From contig CATNEN010000007.1 in the NCBI GenBank assembly GCA_950097015.1, positions 4,526,001-4,590,000 of the forward strand: DNA of 64,000 bases, written 5' to 3'. The notes below the pieces were generated by a model. It made no database searches, was not told the origin of the DNA, and was given only the letters and a program-made list of their open reading frames with translations. Below, in pieces: positions 13,051 to 25,797 of the stretch (within the stretch, counting starts at the first letter, position 1; each line of letters begins with the position of its first letter). A program made the translations under genes and the position numbers. The stretch comes from Macrostomum hystrix. Lineage: Eukaryota > Animalia > Platyhelminthes.

Positions 13051-14056
13051 TCCAAGGACAATCCTCTTAGAATCCACGCTCTACAATTCGAAGTCTCAAT
13101 TCAGCAAAGGCGAATTAAAATGAAGCCATTGTAGTTTTTATCAAGGCGCACATCGTGTGACTTTAGCAGCAGCAAAGGGGCGAGTGGGTCAGCGGCTAAC
13201 GTCGCTGCCTCGCACTCCAAAGGACGCTAGTTCGATTCACCCTTCAAGTCACGATTAATTTCGGGACTTGTTGGGGGGGTTTGGACAGTAGCGACCGGCG
13301 GAGGTGCACCATATTTCGTGCAATCAAAGCTTGAAATAATAGCTTCGCTCCTACCTTCTGTGTGCCTGTTCTGCGTTGTATGAGTTTGTGCGTTGGCGCT
13401 GGGGCGTTAGACCTTGCGGGGGGTGGCTGGAGGGCGGATGTACACCGCCGCGCGCTCTCTGGAATTCCGTCAGCGCGATTGGATAAGTGCATGTACACTC
13501 ATCACCCGGCCCCCCCTGAGGACTGATTTCTTATCAGCCTTCCGCCCCGGCTTGGTCTGCTCTGTGCGTGTGGGGCGGGGGTGGGGGACACTGCTGCCTA
13601 TTCTGGGTGCCTCCTGCCCTCCCCGGCTGGTCTGTGCTGCTGTATGTGGTGCCTGCTCAGGGGAGGCGGCGCGATGGGCGCTAAAGCGCCTAGTTCGCCG
13701 GTCTGGGGGCATGCCGCTCCGTCGCTTGTGCGACAAGTGCCCCGGGCCCCCCTGCAGATAGATAGATAGAGATTTTAGCAGCGAAATTTCAATATCTCAC
13801 TGATTAAAATTTTGTGTCCGTAATCAAGGTATCATTTCCTTCAATTCAATTTAAAAGCATTGATCATGCCAGCTGAAACATGCAGATTTAATAAAATTGA
13901 AAGCAGATCTCTAGGTCAAATGATCGAGCCAGTGCCTCGATATGGCATTTCATGAAAAAAAGCTAACAGTATGCTTTGATGAGCAAAAAACACTAACATT
14001 GACCTGAAAATGGCAATAGAGCACCATGCTTATTAAATGTGTAGATTACTCTTTAG

Positions 14057-14658
14057 TCAGGATAAAATCCTTGCGAATCCTAGTAGAATCCAGGATAAAA
14101 TCCTTGCGAATCCTAGTAGAATCCAGGATAAAATCCTTGCTAATCCTTGGGAAATCCAGGATAAAACACTGACGAATCCTTGGGAAATCCAGGATAAAAC
14201 ACTGACGAATCCTTGGGAAATCCAGGATAAAACACTGACGAATCCTTGGGAAATCCAGGATAAAACACTGACGAATCCTTGGGAAATGCAGGATAAAACA
14301 CTGACGAATCATTGGGAAATCCAGGATAAAATCCTTGCTAATCCTTGGGAAATTCAGGATAAAACACTGACGAATCATTGGGAAATCCAGGATAAAACAC
14401 TGACGAATCATTGGGAAATCCAGGATAAAACACTGACGAATCATTGGGAAATCCAGGATAAAACACTGACGAATCATTGGGAAATCCAGGATAAAACACT
14501 GACGAATCCTTGGGAAATGCAGGATAAAACACTGACGAATCATTGGGAAATCCAGGATAAAACACTGACGAATCATTGGGAAATCCAGGATAAAATCCTT
14601 GCTAATCCTTGGGAAATCCAGGATAAAACACTTACGAATCCTTGGGAAATCCAGGATA
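14057..14658. repeat. Minisatellite, 33 bp unit (GGGAAATCCAGGATAAAACACTGACGAATCCTT)
   Basis: About 18 copies; the in-frame unit length explains ORF 14037-14696. Confidence 0.95.
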
Positions 14659-15284
14659 AGCCAGTTGTGAAGGTGCCCAGTTTGTCTCGACGCTAAGGAA
14701 TCAACCAGAAAACCCGTTCAACGAATCCCAAAGTTTTCTGTATCGTGAAATCCGCCAGGGCCCGGTCTAACAGCAGTAAAAGGGGCAGTTTTTCTAACTC
14801 AAGTGGGCTCAGCCAATCAGAAAAGCTTGCCGACTGAGCGGCGCGGGTTGTTGGGGAAGCCCAGTGGGAGCTAAGTCGCTGCTCCCTCGGGAGGCAATAA
14901 GACAAGCAGGCCGGAAGTCAGCCGCGAGTCTAGACTCAAATCCTTGGATTCCCAGCAATAGCACCAGCAGCATCAGCATCAGCAGCAGCTCATTGTGCAG
15001 GCATCGCCCAGAACCAGTTCAACCGGCAAAGTGGCATTTCGAAAGGAAGGTAGGCGTGAAACATGGTGACGGAGCAGCTGAGGGTCTCATCGCTTAGAGC
15101 CGTCTCGTTGCTTTGCATAACAATGTAAAATTGAATTTATAAGTGGGCGCTTCTGGAATTCAGGCTGGACCTCGTCCGCTTGCACCTCCTCGCCTTGACG
15201 TCCGCACTCGGCAGCTTCTTGTTACAGTCCTGCTGGTTCTTCGACACAGTCGTCGCCAGAATGACGCCGTTGCCGCTCGGACTT

Positions 15285-15432
15285 TCTCATCGTCAGACTG
15301 TGTACACTTTCACTGTGCTTTGGAGGTTGGCCCTCAGGGGCGTAAATTTGAAGGGCGTAAAGCCTACAGGCCTTCCCTCCGCGGCTGCACCCCAAATGAA
15401 TGTAGCCTCGCCGCGGAATCGAGCTCAGGGAC
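15285..15432 (-). mobile_element. SINE family A, partial copy
   Basis: Reverse complement matches 62820-62930 (GAGGGCCAACCTCCAAAGCACAG..GTGTACAC..CTGACGATGAGAAAGT). Confidence 0.75.
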
Positions 15433-15470
15433 TGCAGAGAATTTATCACACTTTGATAATGACTAGATCA

Positions 15471-15812
15471 CACTCAGGGAGTGACTAGATCACACTCAGG
15501 GAGTGACTAGATCACACTCAGGGAGTGACTAGATCACACTCAGGGAGTGACTAGATCACACTCAGGGAGTGACTAGATCACACTCAGGGAGTGACTAGAT
15601 CACACTCAGGGAGTGACTAGATCACACTCAGGGAGTGACTAGATCACACTCAGGGAGTGACTAGATCACACTCAGGGAGTGACTAGATCACACTCAGGGA
15701 GTGACTAGATCACACTCAGGGAGTGACTAGATCACACTCAGGGAGTGACTAGATCACACTCAGGGAGTGACTAGATCACACTCAGGGAGTGACTAGATCA
15801 CACTCAGGGAGT
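15471..15812. repeat. Minisatellite, 22 bp unit (GACTAGATCACACTCAGGGAGT)
   Basis: About 15 near-perfect copies. Confidence 0.97.
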
Positions 15813-15965
15813 GCCAATAACCACCCGCCGCATCCAGGCCAGCTTCGCGACGCCTTTTTCGCGGGCTTCCATAAGGAGGCGAGCAGCGGCCACTACAGCT
15901 CGCTCAGCGGCATCGGGGACGTCGGCACCTTCGGCGTCGGAGCGAACGGACCCCGCGGCGCCGAG

Positions 15966-18900
15966 ATGGACGCGACCTTCATGTGGAAGCTGTCCAAACT
16001 CGGCCGCATCGGATCATCGAGGCTGCGCTTCGATGACGACTTCGCGGACCGAATCAACTACCAGTTCACGGGGGTCATTCTGTTCCTGTTCATCGGCCTC
16101 ATCGGCATTCGCCAGTATGTGGGTGAGTGGCCACACCTCGTTTAACACCGATCTGTGAGACTATGCATGCAGGTGCTAGACAGAACACACAGGTGTTACA
16201 CAGAACACACAGGTGTTAGACAGAACATACAGGTGCTAGACAGAACACACAGGTGTTACACAGAACACACAGGTGTTAGACAGAACACACAGGTGTTAGA
16301 CAGAACACACAGGTGTTACACAGAACACACAGGTATTAGACAGAACACACAGGTGTTAGACAGAACACACAGGTATTAGACAGAACACACAGGTGTTAGA
16401 CAGAACACACAGGTGTTAGACAGAACACACAGGTGTTAGACAGAACACACAGGTGCTAGACAGAACACACAGGTGTTACACAGAACACACAGGTGTTAGA
16501 CAGAACATACAGGTGCTAGACAGAACACACAGGTGTTACACAGAACACACAGGTGTTAGACAGAACACACAGGTGTTAGACAGAACACACAGGTGTTACA
16601 CAGAACACACAGGTATTAGACAGAACACACAGGTATTAGACAGAACACACAGGTATTAGACAGAACACACAGGTGTTAGACAGAACACACAGGTGTTAGA
16701 CAGAACACACAGGTGTTAGACAGCACACCTGTAGAACACACAGGTGTTAGACAGAGCACACCTGTAGAACACACAGGTATTAGTCAGAACACACAGGTGT
16801 TAGACAGAACACACAGGTGTTAGACAGCACACCTGTAGAACACACAGGTGTTAGACAGAGCACACCTGTAGAACACACAGGTATTAGACAGAACACACAG
16901 CTGTCTCATTTGAGCAATTAAGCGAGTCGGCGGATTAGTACAGCAATTCTGATTTAGCCAGTTATGCTCAGTTATTGCTCAAAGTGAGCATCTGCGAGTG
17001 GAGACCCTTTGGTCTGCGCCAAACAGTATCCAGAATTGAGTTGGGTAGATCGAGGCGCTACTCAAACCAGATGTTTAGCATCAGCGGGTCTGTTGCTGGA
17101 ACAGCTTGCGCCAAATCAGTTTCCACCGAGTGCTCACTGTGAGCACGGCGCGCGTGCCAGAAACGGATTTATCCTAATCTCAGATTTGCTAACAGTCTCA
17201 GAGAAGAGATCTTTGGCCGCGCCACCTTTGATATCGGCGGATTTATTCTCACAGTGCCTGCCAGCGGATGGGGTGGGTGCGGCGAGATACCGCGGATCCG
17301 ATGAGCGAGAGCTGGCCAAACTGTTTGTGCGACATGATGCGTGCACTTTTAAAATCTCAAACTGATTACTGTAGTCACATACTTTAGGCTTCTGATGAGC
17401 CCGTTTCACCTGTTAGACAGATCCTATACCTGTTAGACAGATCCTATACCTGTTAGACAGATCCTATACCTGTTAGACAGATCCTATACCTGTTAGACAG
17501 ATCCTATTCCTGTTAGACAGATCCTATACCTGTTAGACAGATCCTATACCTGTTAGACAGATCCTATACCCGTTAGACAGATTCTATACCTGTTAGAGAG
17601 ATCCTATACCTGTTAGACAGATCCTATACCCGTTAGACAGATCCTATACCTGTTAGACAGATCCTATACCCGTTAGACAGATCCTATACCTGTTAGACAG
17701 ATCCTATACCTGTTAGACAGATCCTATACCTGTTAGACAGATCCTATACCTGTTAGACAGATCCTATACTTGTTAGACAGATCCTATACCTGTTAGACAG
17801 ATCCTATACCTGTTAGAGAGATCCTATATCTGTTAGACAGATCCTATACCTGTTAGACAGATCCAATACCTGTTAGACAGATCCTATACCTGTTAGACAG
17901 ATCCTATACCTGTTAGACAGATCCTATACCTGTTAGACAGATCCAATACCTGTTAGACAGATCCTATACATGTTAGACAGATCCTATACCTGTTAGACAG
18001 ATCCTATACCTGTTAGACAGATCCTATACATGTTAGACAGATCCTATTCCTGTTAGACAGATCCTATACCTGTTAGACAGATCCTATACCTGTTAGACAG
18101 ATCCTATACTTGTTAGACAGATCCTATACCTGTTTGACAGATCCTATACCTGTTAGAGAGATCCTATACCTGTTAGACAGATTCTATACCTGTTAGACAG
18201 ATTCTATACTTCTTAGACAGATCCTATACCTGTTAGACAGATCCTATACCTGTTAGACAGATCCTATACCTGTTAGACAGATTCTATACTTCTTAGACAG
18301 ATCCTATACCTGTTAGACAGATTCTATACCTGTTAGACAGATCCTATACTTGTTAGACAGATCCTATACTTGTTAGACAGATCCTATACCTGTTAGACAG
18401 ATCCTATACCTGTTAGACAGATCCTATACTTGTTAGACAGATCCTATACCTGTTAGACAGATCCTATACCTGTTAGACAGATCCAATACCTGTTAGACAG
18501 ATCCTATACCTGAAAGAAGAGCTAATTAAGAAAGAAGTCAATTAAGATTATTAAAAACTGTAGCCCACCCCTGGTAGTAAACTTGGGGCATGACCCCTCG
18601 CACAGCATTGCCGAGGTAATGTATTAATTTATTCACAACCTCCCGGTGCCTCGAATCCAGCAGTGTCTCCAATTAGAGTGGATTTTTTCATGAGGAGAAA
18701 AATCTATTTTTCAATGATTTGCCGACCACTTTGAGGTCTCCCATTTCGACTAATCTCCCACCGTTTTTTTGTTCCTTTCCCAATAAAAATGCATGCTCAA
18801 GAGAATGAATCACCGACTGTAACAAACGGTGCTACGCTAATTGAGACCTGACCAGTCTCGTGACCAAGGACGAGATGATGACGCAATCAGCTATAAAGAG

Positions 18901-21900
18901 GCGTTTGCGAAGGAAAAATCTGCTGGAAATGTAAAAATGTGCAGTCGTTAGCGAACCTTAAGAATTTGACTAATTAGCTTTAGGTTACACCTACCTGTTT
19001 TTTTATTACACTTGTTTTTTAGAATAGCAAGTTTCTTGTTAAAGAACACAAATTGTTCCAGTGGAGTGAGGAATCGAACCCCCGACCTTCAAGTCGTGAG
19101 TCCGACAATCTAACCACAAGGCTACAACCTCCGTTGTTTGTTTTTGTTATAACTTTAACTGTAACTCTGTCACGTGACGGATTCGATTAGCTATAACAAA
19201 CGCTTGGCTTTAAATTCGGTAAAAATAATTTGTTAGAAACATTTTTCTTGAAATTCTTGGATTCTTAAGAAGAAACAATAACTACGTATTTCTAAAATTG
19301 CAACTTTTTTTTAATAACAAACAATCTGACTTTTTACCAAAATGATTTGTTAAAGGCATGTGATTTTTTCTCGATGCTTCAATGCTTGGCAGGTGATTTA
19401 GCAAATCTGGGCAACAAAAATGTGGGATCAACAATGCCACGAAACCCCTTTCTTCGGGTGTCTGCCCCTATTCCCAGATTTCTATTTGGCTCTCTCATTT
19501 GCGCTCCAGCGCCTTCATCGACTCACATTTGAGCATGGACTCAAGCCTGCGCTGAGCTCATTCATCACTAGCAGAGCTGCACCAGAAGCCCAGCTAACTG
19601 CTTTGCACTTTTATCTCATAGAAAATTGTGTTTGTCGCAAACAATTCTAACCTTATGCAGCTGATGCTCTTCATCGCCGAAATGGCATCTGGGGTGGCAC
19701 TGAATTCTGCACAAAAACAGTCCTCCAGTTCAGTGTCTGATTAGGGGATATTGATGTGCCTGGAAGCCAGGCTGGTTGGTGGGAAGGCAGTCAGGTGGAC
19801 TGGTAAGGCAGGCAGGTGGACTGGTAAGGCTGGCAGGTGGACTGGTAAGGCAGGCAGGTGGACTGGTAAGGCTGGCAGGTGGACTGGTAAGGCAGGCAGG
19901 TGGACTGGTAAGGCAGGCAGGTAGGCTGGTAGGGCAGACAGGTAGGCTGGTAGGGCAGACAGGTGGACTGGTAAGGCAGGCAGGTGGACTGGTAAGGCTG
20001 GCAGGTGGACTGGTAAGGCAGGCAGGTGGACTGGTAAGGCTGGCAGGTGGACTGGTAAGGCAGGCAGGTGGACTGGTAAGGCAGGCAGGGGGACTGGTAA
20101 GGCTGGCAGGTAGGCTGGTAGGGCAGACAGGTGGGCTGGTAAGGTTAAGTGGGCTGAATCAGGCTGAACGGAATCAAGATGCCCGTTCACTCGTTTCAAT
20201 TTTCCCCACTAATTTAGTAAGTTTGAAAAGTAAAATTAATAGGTTTCGAATCAAAGCCCTTGAGTTTGTCTTCTCATTCCACTGCACACAGAATTATTCC
20301 ACTGCACACAGAGCTTTGGCAAAAATGTTATTCAGAAATCCACAATCCCGCCTATTCAGGAGCAAAAAGTGAAGGACTGTTCGCCTATGCAAGCAAGCTC
20401 ACAATGACTCGCTGAGACAATGCAAACACAGAGGGAGAGTGTGTGGGCGAGAGGAATACAGGCTATTTCAGCGACGTCGACAAAAAGGCGCATTTTATGC
20501 TCTCCGAAGCGTCCCGGAAATTAATAGAACAAGGGAGACTTCTCATTGTCCCTGTGAAAAACTGCGATTCCATCATTATTCACTTTTCCTTTGCCTCAGC
20601 AGCTGAACAGCTGAATAATGAATAACAATAGGCAATCTTGCTGAATCGCTTGTCAGTCATGCAATGGATTGCAGAGCAAGGCAAAAAACAAGTCCAAGCA
20701 AACATTTTTGTGTACTTAAAACTTGACATTACCGAGCGAAGTTGATCTGCAAAAAATGCCGGAAAGCTACTGCCTCACTAGAAATTCAGTGTTATGTTAT
20801 ACGAGCGATAGATTACGAGTACACCTACCTCACTCCGCTGGTGTGGGGTGTAAACTTTCCGATCCCGCCAGATTCTGAAGCTGACACCCACCTCACTCCG
20901 CTCGTGTGGGGTGGGTGTGAGCTTTCCGGTCCCGCGGCTCCGCCAGATGGTGAAGCTGGCACCCACCCCACTCCACTCGGGGGGGGGGGTCAGCTAGAAA
21001 AACAAGCTGACGCTGACCCCACTCCAATCAGAGGAATTTAAAATTTGAAGTTTCTAGTCTCGCTAGATAACAAATTGACACCCACCCCTTTAATCTATAA
21101 ATGGTGAAGTTCATATTCTCACTGAATAGCGGAAATGAAGCCCATCCAGTCACACAAAAGCTGGAAAAATCTGCACTAAATAGAAAACAGACGCTAATAA
21201 ATGACTTTTTTATTTACTTTGTTTAAACTTCTCCAGGCAAGCCCATCCAGTGCTGGATCCCGCAAGAATTCACCCGCGGTTGGGAGGAATACGCGGAGAA
21301 TTACTGCTGGGTGGCCAACACCTACTATGCCTCGGTGCAGGCCGAGCACCTGCCGCCGGACCATGTGCGCCGCAAGCGAATGATCACCTATTATCAGTGG
21401 GCGCCAATTGTGCTGGCCGTCCAGGCGCTGATGTTTTATCTGCCCTGCCTCACCTGGCGCCTATTTATGAACTACTCCGGCTTCAATGTGCGCAAGATTT
21501 TACAGATGGCCACGGACGCCAATGTGGTGATACCCGAGGTGCTGAGCAAGCACGTCCGCTTCATGGCCAGGTACATGGAGGGCTGCATCTACCGGCAGAG
21601 GGAGTACCGGCGGGGCGTCGGGGTGCGTGTGAAGCATTGCATCACCAAGTGCAGCTGCCTCTGCTGCGGCAAGCGCTACGGAAACTTCTTGGTTGTCCTG
21701 TACTTCTTCGTGAAAGTTCTCTACCTATTGAACGTGTTCGGCCAGCTCTACCTGATGGAGAAATTCGTTGGCACCACCTACACCTTCTTCGGCTTCCAGG
21801 TGTTGCGCGACCTCTTCGACGGCATTCAATGGTACCAGTCGTCAAACTTTCCGCGCGTCACATTCTGCGACCTGCAGGCCAAGAAGACTGGCCAGAATCA

Positions 21901-24900
21901 CCAGTGAGACCATGAAGAAATTGAAGGAGGGCTGCGGGCAATGGCACACAATTTGGTGACACTAGATCCGCAGCCATCGAGGAGGCAATTCTGCCCATTT
22001 CGCTGACTGACTCTGAGCACACATGCACACAGATACTGTACGCAGGCACACGCTCACACAGGTGTGTACATCTGCCTTGACTTTCTCATCGTCAGGCAGT
22101 GTACATTGTCACTGTGCCTTGGAGGTTGGCCCTCAGGAGGAGGGTGTAAATTGCACGACAAGGCCACCAAGCATTCTCTCCGCGGCTGCGCCCCAAATGA
22201 ATGTGGCAGGAAACGTAAGTAGAGAGTAGAATCGAGGCAGGAAACGTAAGTAGAGAGTAGAATCGAAGCAGGAAACGTAAGTAGAGAGTAGAATCGAAGC
22301 AGGAAACATAATTAGAGAGTAGAATCGAAGCAGGAAACATACTTAGAGAGTAGAATCGAGGCAGGAAACGTAAGTAGAGAGTATAATCGAAGCAGGAAAC
22401 ATAAGTAGAGAGTAGAATCGAGGCAGGAAACATAAGTAGAGAGTAGAATCGAGGCAGGAAACGTAAGTAGAGAGTAGAATCGAAGCAGGAAACGTAAGTA
22501 GAGAGTAGAATCGAAGCAGGAAACATAATTAGAGAGTAGAATCGAAGCAGGAAACATACTTAGAGAGTAGAATCGAGGCAGGAAACGTAAGTAGAGAGTA
22601 TAATCGAAGCAGGAAACATAAGTAGAGAGTAGAATCGAGGCAGGAAACGTAAGTAGAGAGTAGAATCGAGGCAGGAAACATACTTAGAGAGTAGAATCGA
22701 AGCAGGAAACGTAAGTAGAGAGTAGAATCGAGGCAGGAAACATAAGTAGAGAGTAGAATCGAGGCAGGAAACATAAGTAGAGAGTAGAATCGAGGCAGGA
22801 AACGTAAGTAGAGAATAGAATCGAGGCAGGAAACGTAAGTAGAGAGTAGAATCGAAGCAGGAAACGTAAGTAGAGAGTAGAATCGAAGCAGGAAATGTAC
22901 CTGAAACAGCGATTCTTAAGTCATGAATTGAAACTGCTGGAACCGGTGTCAGAATTACAACTTGGCTCAGTTCTATGATGGTTGCCATGCCAACCCAGAG
23001 ATTGAAAGCGAGATGCCGACCTGGTCTCGCCCAGTCACCGGACAAGTGGCATAATCTAGGCAGGCCCAGTGTAGGCATGCGCAGAGGAATGCGAAAATTA
23101 AACCGACCACACGCACCATGACTGCCAGCTTTTATACATGCGTTATTAATATTTGCCCAGCTGGAGGATACTGAAGTAGGCTGTGGCTGGAATAGCCGCC
23201 AGGCTACAAACCGCGGACGAGACTGAAGCCTGCAAAGACTTTGACTGTGCAGCCGTGCCTGACCCAGGGGTTTGTTGCTCTGTGTACATGGGGACAGGTG
23301 GAGTAGCCAGAAGGGTAGACAGATAGAGTAGCTAGGTTGCTTGGTAAAGTAGCTAAGTAGACAGGTAGAGTAGCCAGAATGATTGACAGGTAAAGTAGCC
23401 AGAATGATTGACAGGTGGAGTAGCCAGAATGATTGACAGGTAAAGTAGCCAGAATGATTGACAGGTAGAGTAGCCAGAATGATTGACAGGTAAAGTAGCC
23501 AGAATGATTGACAGGTAGAGTAGCCAGATTAGTAGACATGTAGAGTAGCCAGAATAGTAGACAGGTAGAGTAGCCAGAATGGTAGACAGGTAGAGTAGCT
23601 TAGTAGAAAGATAAAGTAGCCAGAAGGGTACGCAGGTAGAGTAGCTAGGTAGACAGTTTTAACAGCTAAGGAGAGAAGTGGAGTAGATTAGTGGAGACAG
23701 GTGAGTATTGGTGAGCAGGTAGACAGAATTATTCACAGAACACAGTCTAAGAGTAATTAGAGCAGTGTGTCGGCACATATATCTTGGGTAAACTATTCAG
23801 GTGTCAAGGGTCGCGCGTGAGTCATCGGTTAATCCATCGGTGATTGATTTTGAGTGTCAGCGCCGTGACTTTTAGCAATTGATTAACCTGCCAGACTTCA
23901 CAGCCTGTGGCTGAGTCACGCGGCCGGCAAGTTTTATGACTTCGTTTTCTAGTATGAGCTTCACCGGAGTGGCCCGAGTGATGAAAGTGATTGAGACCGA
24001 GATTAGATAAGCCTGGCTAATTGCCACCTGCCCTGACCCACAGCTCAACGAGGTCTCACCTTTCCTACTCAAATTTTATTGCGCCTTCTTCTTTCTCCGT
24101 CCATTTCAGTGAAATGGGATTTCAGTGAAATGGGATTTCAGTGAAATGGGATTTCAGTGAAATGGGATTTCAGTGAAATGGGATTTCAGTGAAATGGGAT
24201 TTCAGTGAAATGGGATTTCAGGGAAATGGGATTTTCATGTAATGGGATTCAAGGGAGATGATAATGTCAAGTAGGTTTGCTTGATTTCAGAATTGCATGA
24301 ACCAGATTTCCAGGAAATAGCCAATATCCTTCATACTTGTCATCCCATGTTACTTGGAAGAGCTTTCTGAAAATGGAGAGTATAATTCTAAAGAAGTGTC
24401 CTGCCGTCAAAGAGGAAACCAGATTTCAATGAGAATTGCGCGGATTCCTTGACAGGGATTTCAGGAGCAGATTCTGGGGAGTGAAATTTTCTTTAAACTA
24501 AAATTATCTTTTCGGATTGCACTGCAGCAATCGCAAGCAAAACAGTGAAGGCAATCGTAAACTGATAGAAACACCCAAAACCTGAATCTGCTCAAGGTTT
24601 TTCATTGTCTGCAGTTGCGCCGGATATCCCATCCATAGTCAGGATCCCATTTTTTCCCAGAATCGAGTTTCCATGTAGCAACAAGTCAGAACACAGCACG
24701 GACCACGCCCAGCATTAGATCTGGCTCTCAGATTTCAGTGCAATTGTCCCGGAAACATTTTCGTATTTCTCAGCTGTGCTGCTAATTAGTTGTAATTGGG
24801 CTGCATGGAAATCCTCGGCGCGTTAATTCAACAAAACGTTCAACAATTCCCCTGAGAGTCACAGAGGCATGGGGAAACATGTTTCGATGTACTAATTAGC

Positions 24901-25797
24901 CAATTAGAAATTTCAATGAATAAGAGAAATTAACAGGTGGAGTTATTGTCACACAGGAGGTGGTCATTAGTCTTCATGCCCCAAGGGACTGATCATTGTT
25001 CTCTTGAGCTCTTTCCCATTATGTTCCCCATTGTGCAGAAAATATTTGGCTTTTTTAAATTAACTCCTAGCTCTAAGAACTGGCGCCATGTATTTTAGTC
25101 CCAAGTATAACAGGTGTATGACATCCTGACCCACTTTGAGTCCTTACTACAACAGGTGTATGACATCCTGACCCACTTTGAGTACTTACTACAACAGGTG
25201 TATGACATCCTGGCCCACTTTGAGTCCTCACTAGTGGGGCTCATGATTTAGTTCTCCAAACGATTCTACAGTGGATTTCGGACATCGCGAGGTGATGCTG
25301 GGGTCAACCGAGTTTGTTATTCTCAGTGAGTTCAACGCCCACCCCACTCCACCAGCTACACCCTGCAGTGCGTGCTGCCCCTGAACATGTTCCTGGAGAA
25401 GATCTACGTATTCCTGTGGTTCTGGCACATCCTGGTGAGCGTCATCACGCTGACTAGCTTCGTCAATTGGTTCTTCCGCCTGGCCTTCCCGCGTCGTCGG
25501 GTTGGCTTCGTGCGCAAGTACCTGAAGATCATGAACGCCCTGAAGGAGACGGACAAGACCACAAGCCGGAAGTTCGTGGAGAATTACCTGCGCGTGGACG
25601 GCGTGTTCATACTGCGCCTGATCGCGATGAACTGCGGTGACATTGTGGCCGGTGACTTGGCCTGTGAACTGTGGAGCATCTACCGGCACAAGCGGCTGCA
25701 GGAGCTGGAGGACACCGCCAAGATGCAGGAGGCCGAGGTGCACCGCATGCCAGCGTTCAGCTGCAGCAACGGCAACGGTGACGACAACATTGTGTAG
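15966..25797 (+). CDS. inx: Innexin B, 3 exons: 15966-16122, 21237-21903, 25356-25797; 421 aa (possible N-terminal extension)
   Basis: GT-AG joins are in frame, with the same intron positions and phases as innexin A. Motifs: DDDFADRINYQFT, GKPIQCWIPQEFTRGWEEYAENYCWV, YYQWAP, FPRVTFCD, YTLQCVLPLNMFLEKIYVFLWFW. AATAAA at 26061. Confidence 0.95.
16167..16900. repeat. Minisatellite, 20 bp unit (ACAGGTGTTAGACAGAACAC), innexin B intron 1
   Basis: About 35 copies. Confidence 0.95.
17409..18512. repeat. Minisatellite, 20 bp unit (CCTGTTAGACAGATCCTATA), innexin B intron 1
   Basis: About 55 copies. Confidence 0.97.
19020..19128 (-). mobile_element. SINE family B, tRNA-like head and start of CORE-like domain
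   Basis: Reverse complement has an A box (TAGCCTTGTGG), a B box (GGTTCGATTCC) and CCACTGGAACAATTTGTGTTCTTTAACAAGAAACTT, matching 43500-43550. Confidence 0.7.
19786..20143. repeat. Minisatellite, 21 bp unit (GGCAGGTGGACTGGTAAGGCA)
   Basis: About 17 copies; explains ORFs 19741-20199 and 19776-20372. Confidence 0.95.
21945..22206 (-). mobile_element. SINE family A copy in innexin B intron 2
   Basis: Reverse complement closely matches 62820-63075. Confidence 0.85.
22207..22897. repeat. Minisatellite, 31 bp unit (GCAGGAAACGTAAGTAGAGAGTAGAATCGAG)
   Basis: About 22 copies, starting where SINE homology ends. Confidence 0.95.
23290..23660. repeat. Minisatellite, ~25 bp unit (GACAGGTAGAGTAGCCAGAATGATT)
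   Basis: Degenerate tandem copies. Confidence 0.88.
24106..24232. repeat. Minisatellite, 16 bp unit (TTCAGTGAAATGGGAT)
   Basis: About 8 copies. Confidence 0.92.
25110..25232. repeat. Triplicated 42 bp unit (AACAGGTGTATGACATCCTGACCCACTTTGAGTCCTTACTAC)
   Basis: Three copies near the end of innexin B intron 2. Confidence 0.9.

Noticed and set aside
14057-14658. Hammerhead-like words in the 33 bp unit (CTGACGA..GAAA-TCC-A-GGA-TA), and the 219 aa repeat ORF
   Set aside because: The core nucleotides and a palindromic stem III are present, but no stem I can form (A next to A) and stem II is only 2 bp with an A-G closing pair. The ORF follows from the unit length being a multiple of 3.
19060-19128. 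tRNA gene candidates (also 41300-41370, 43447-43515, 62758-62830)
   Set aside because: A and B boxes are present but the cloverleaf stems are broken, and each continues into a shared SINE body.
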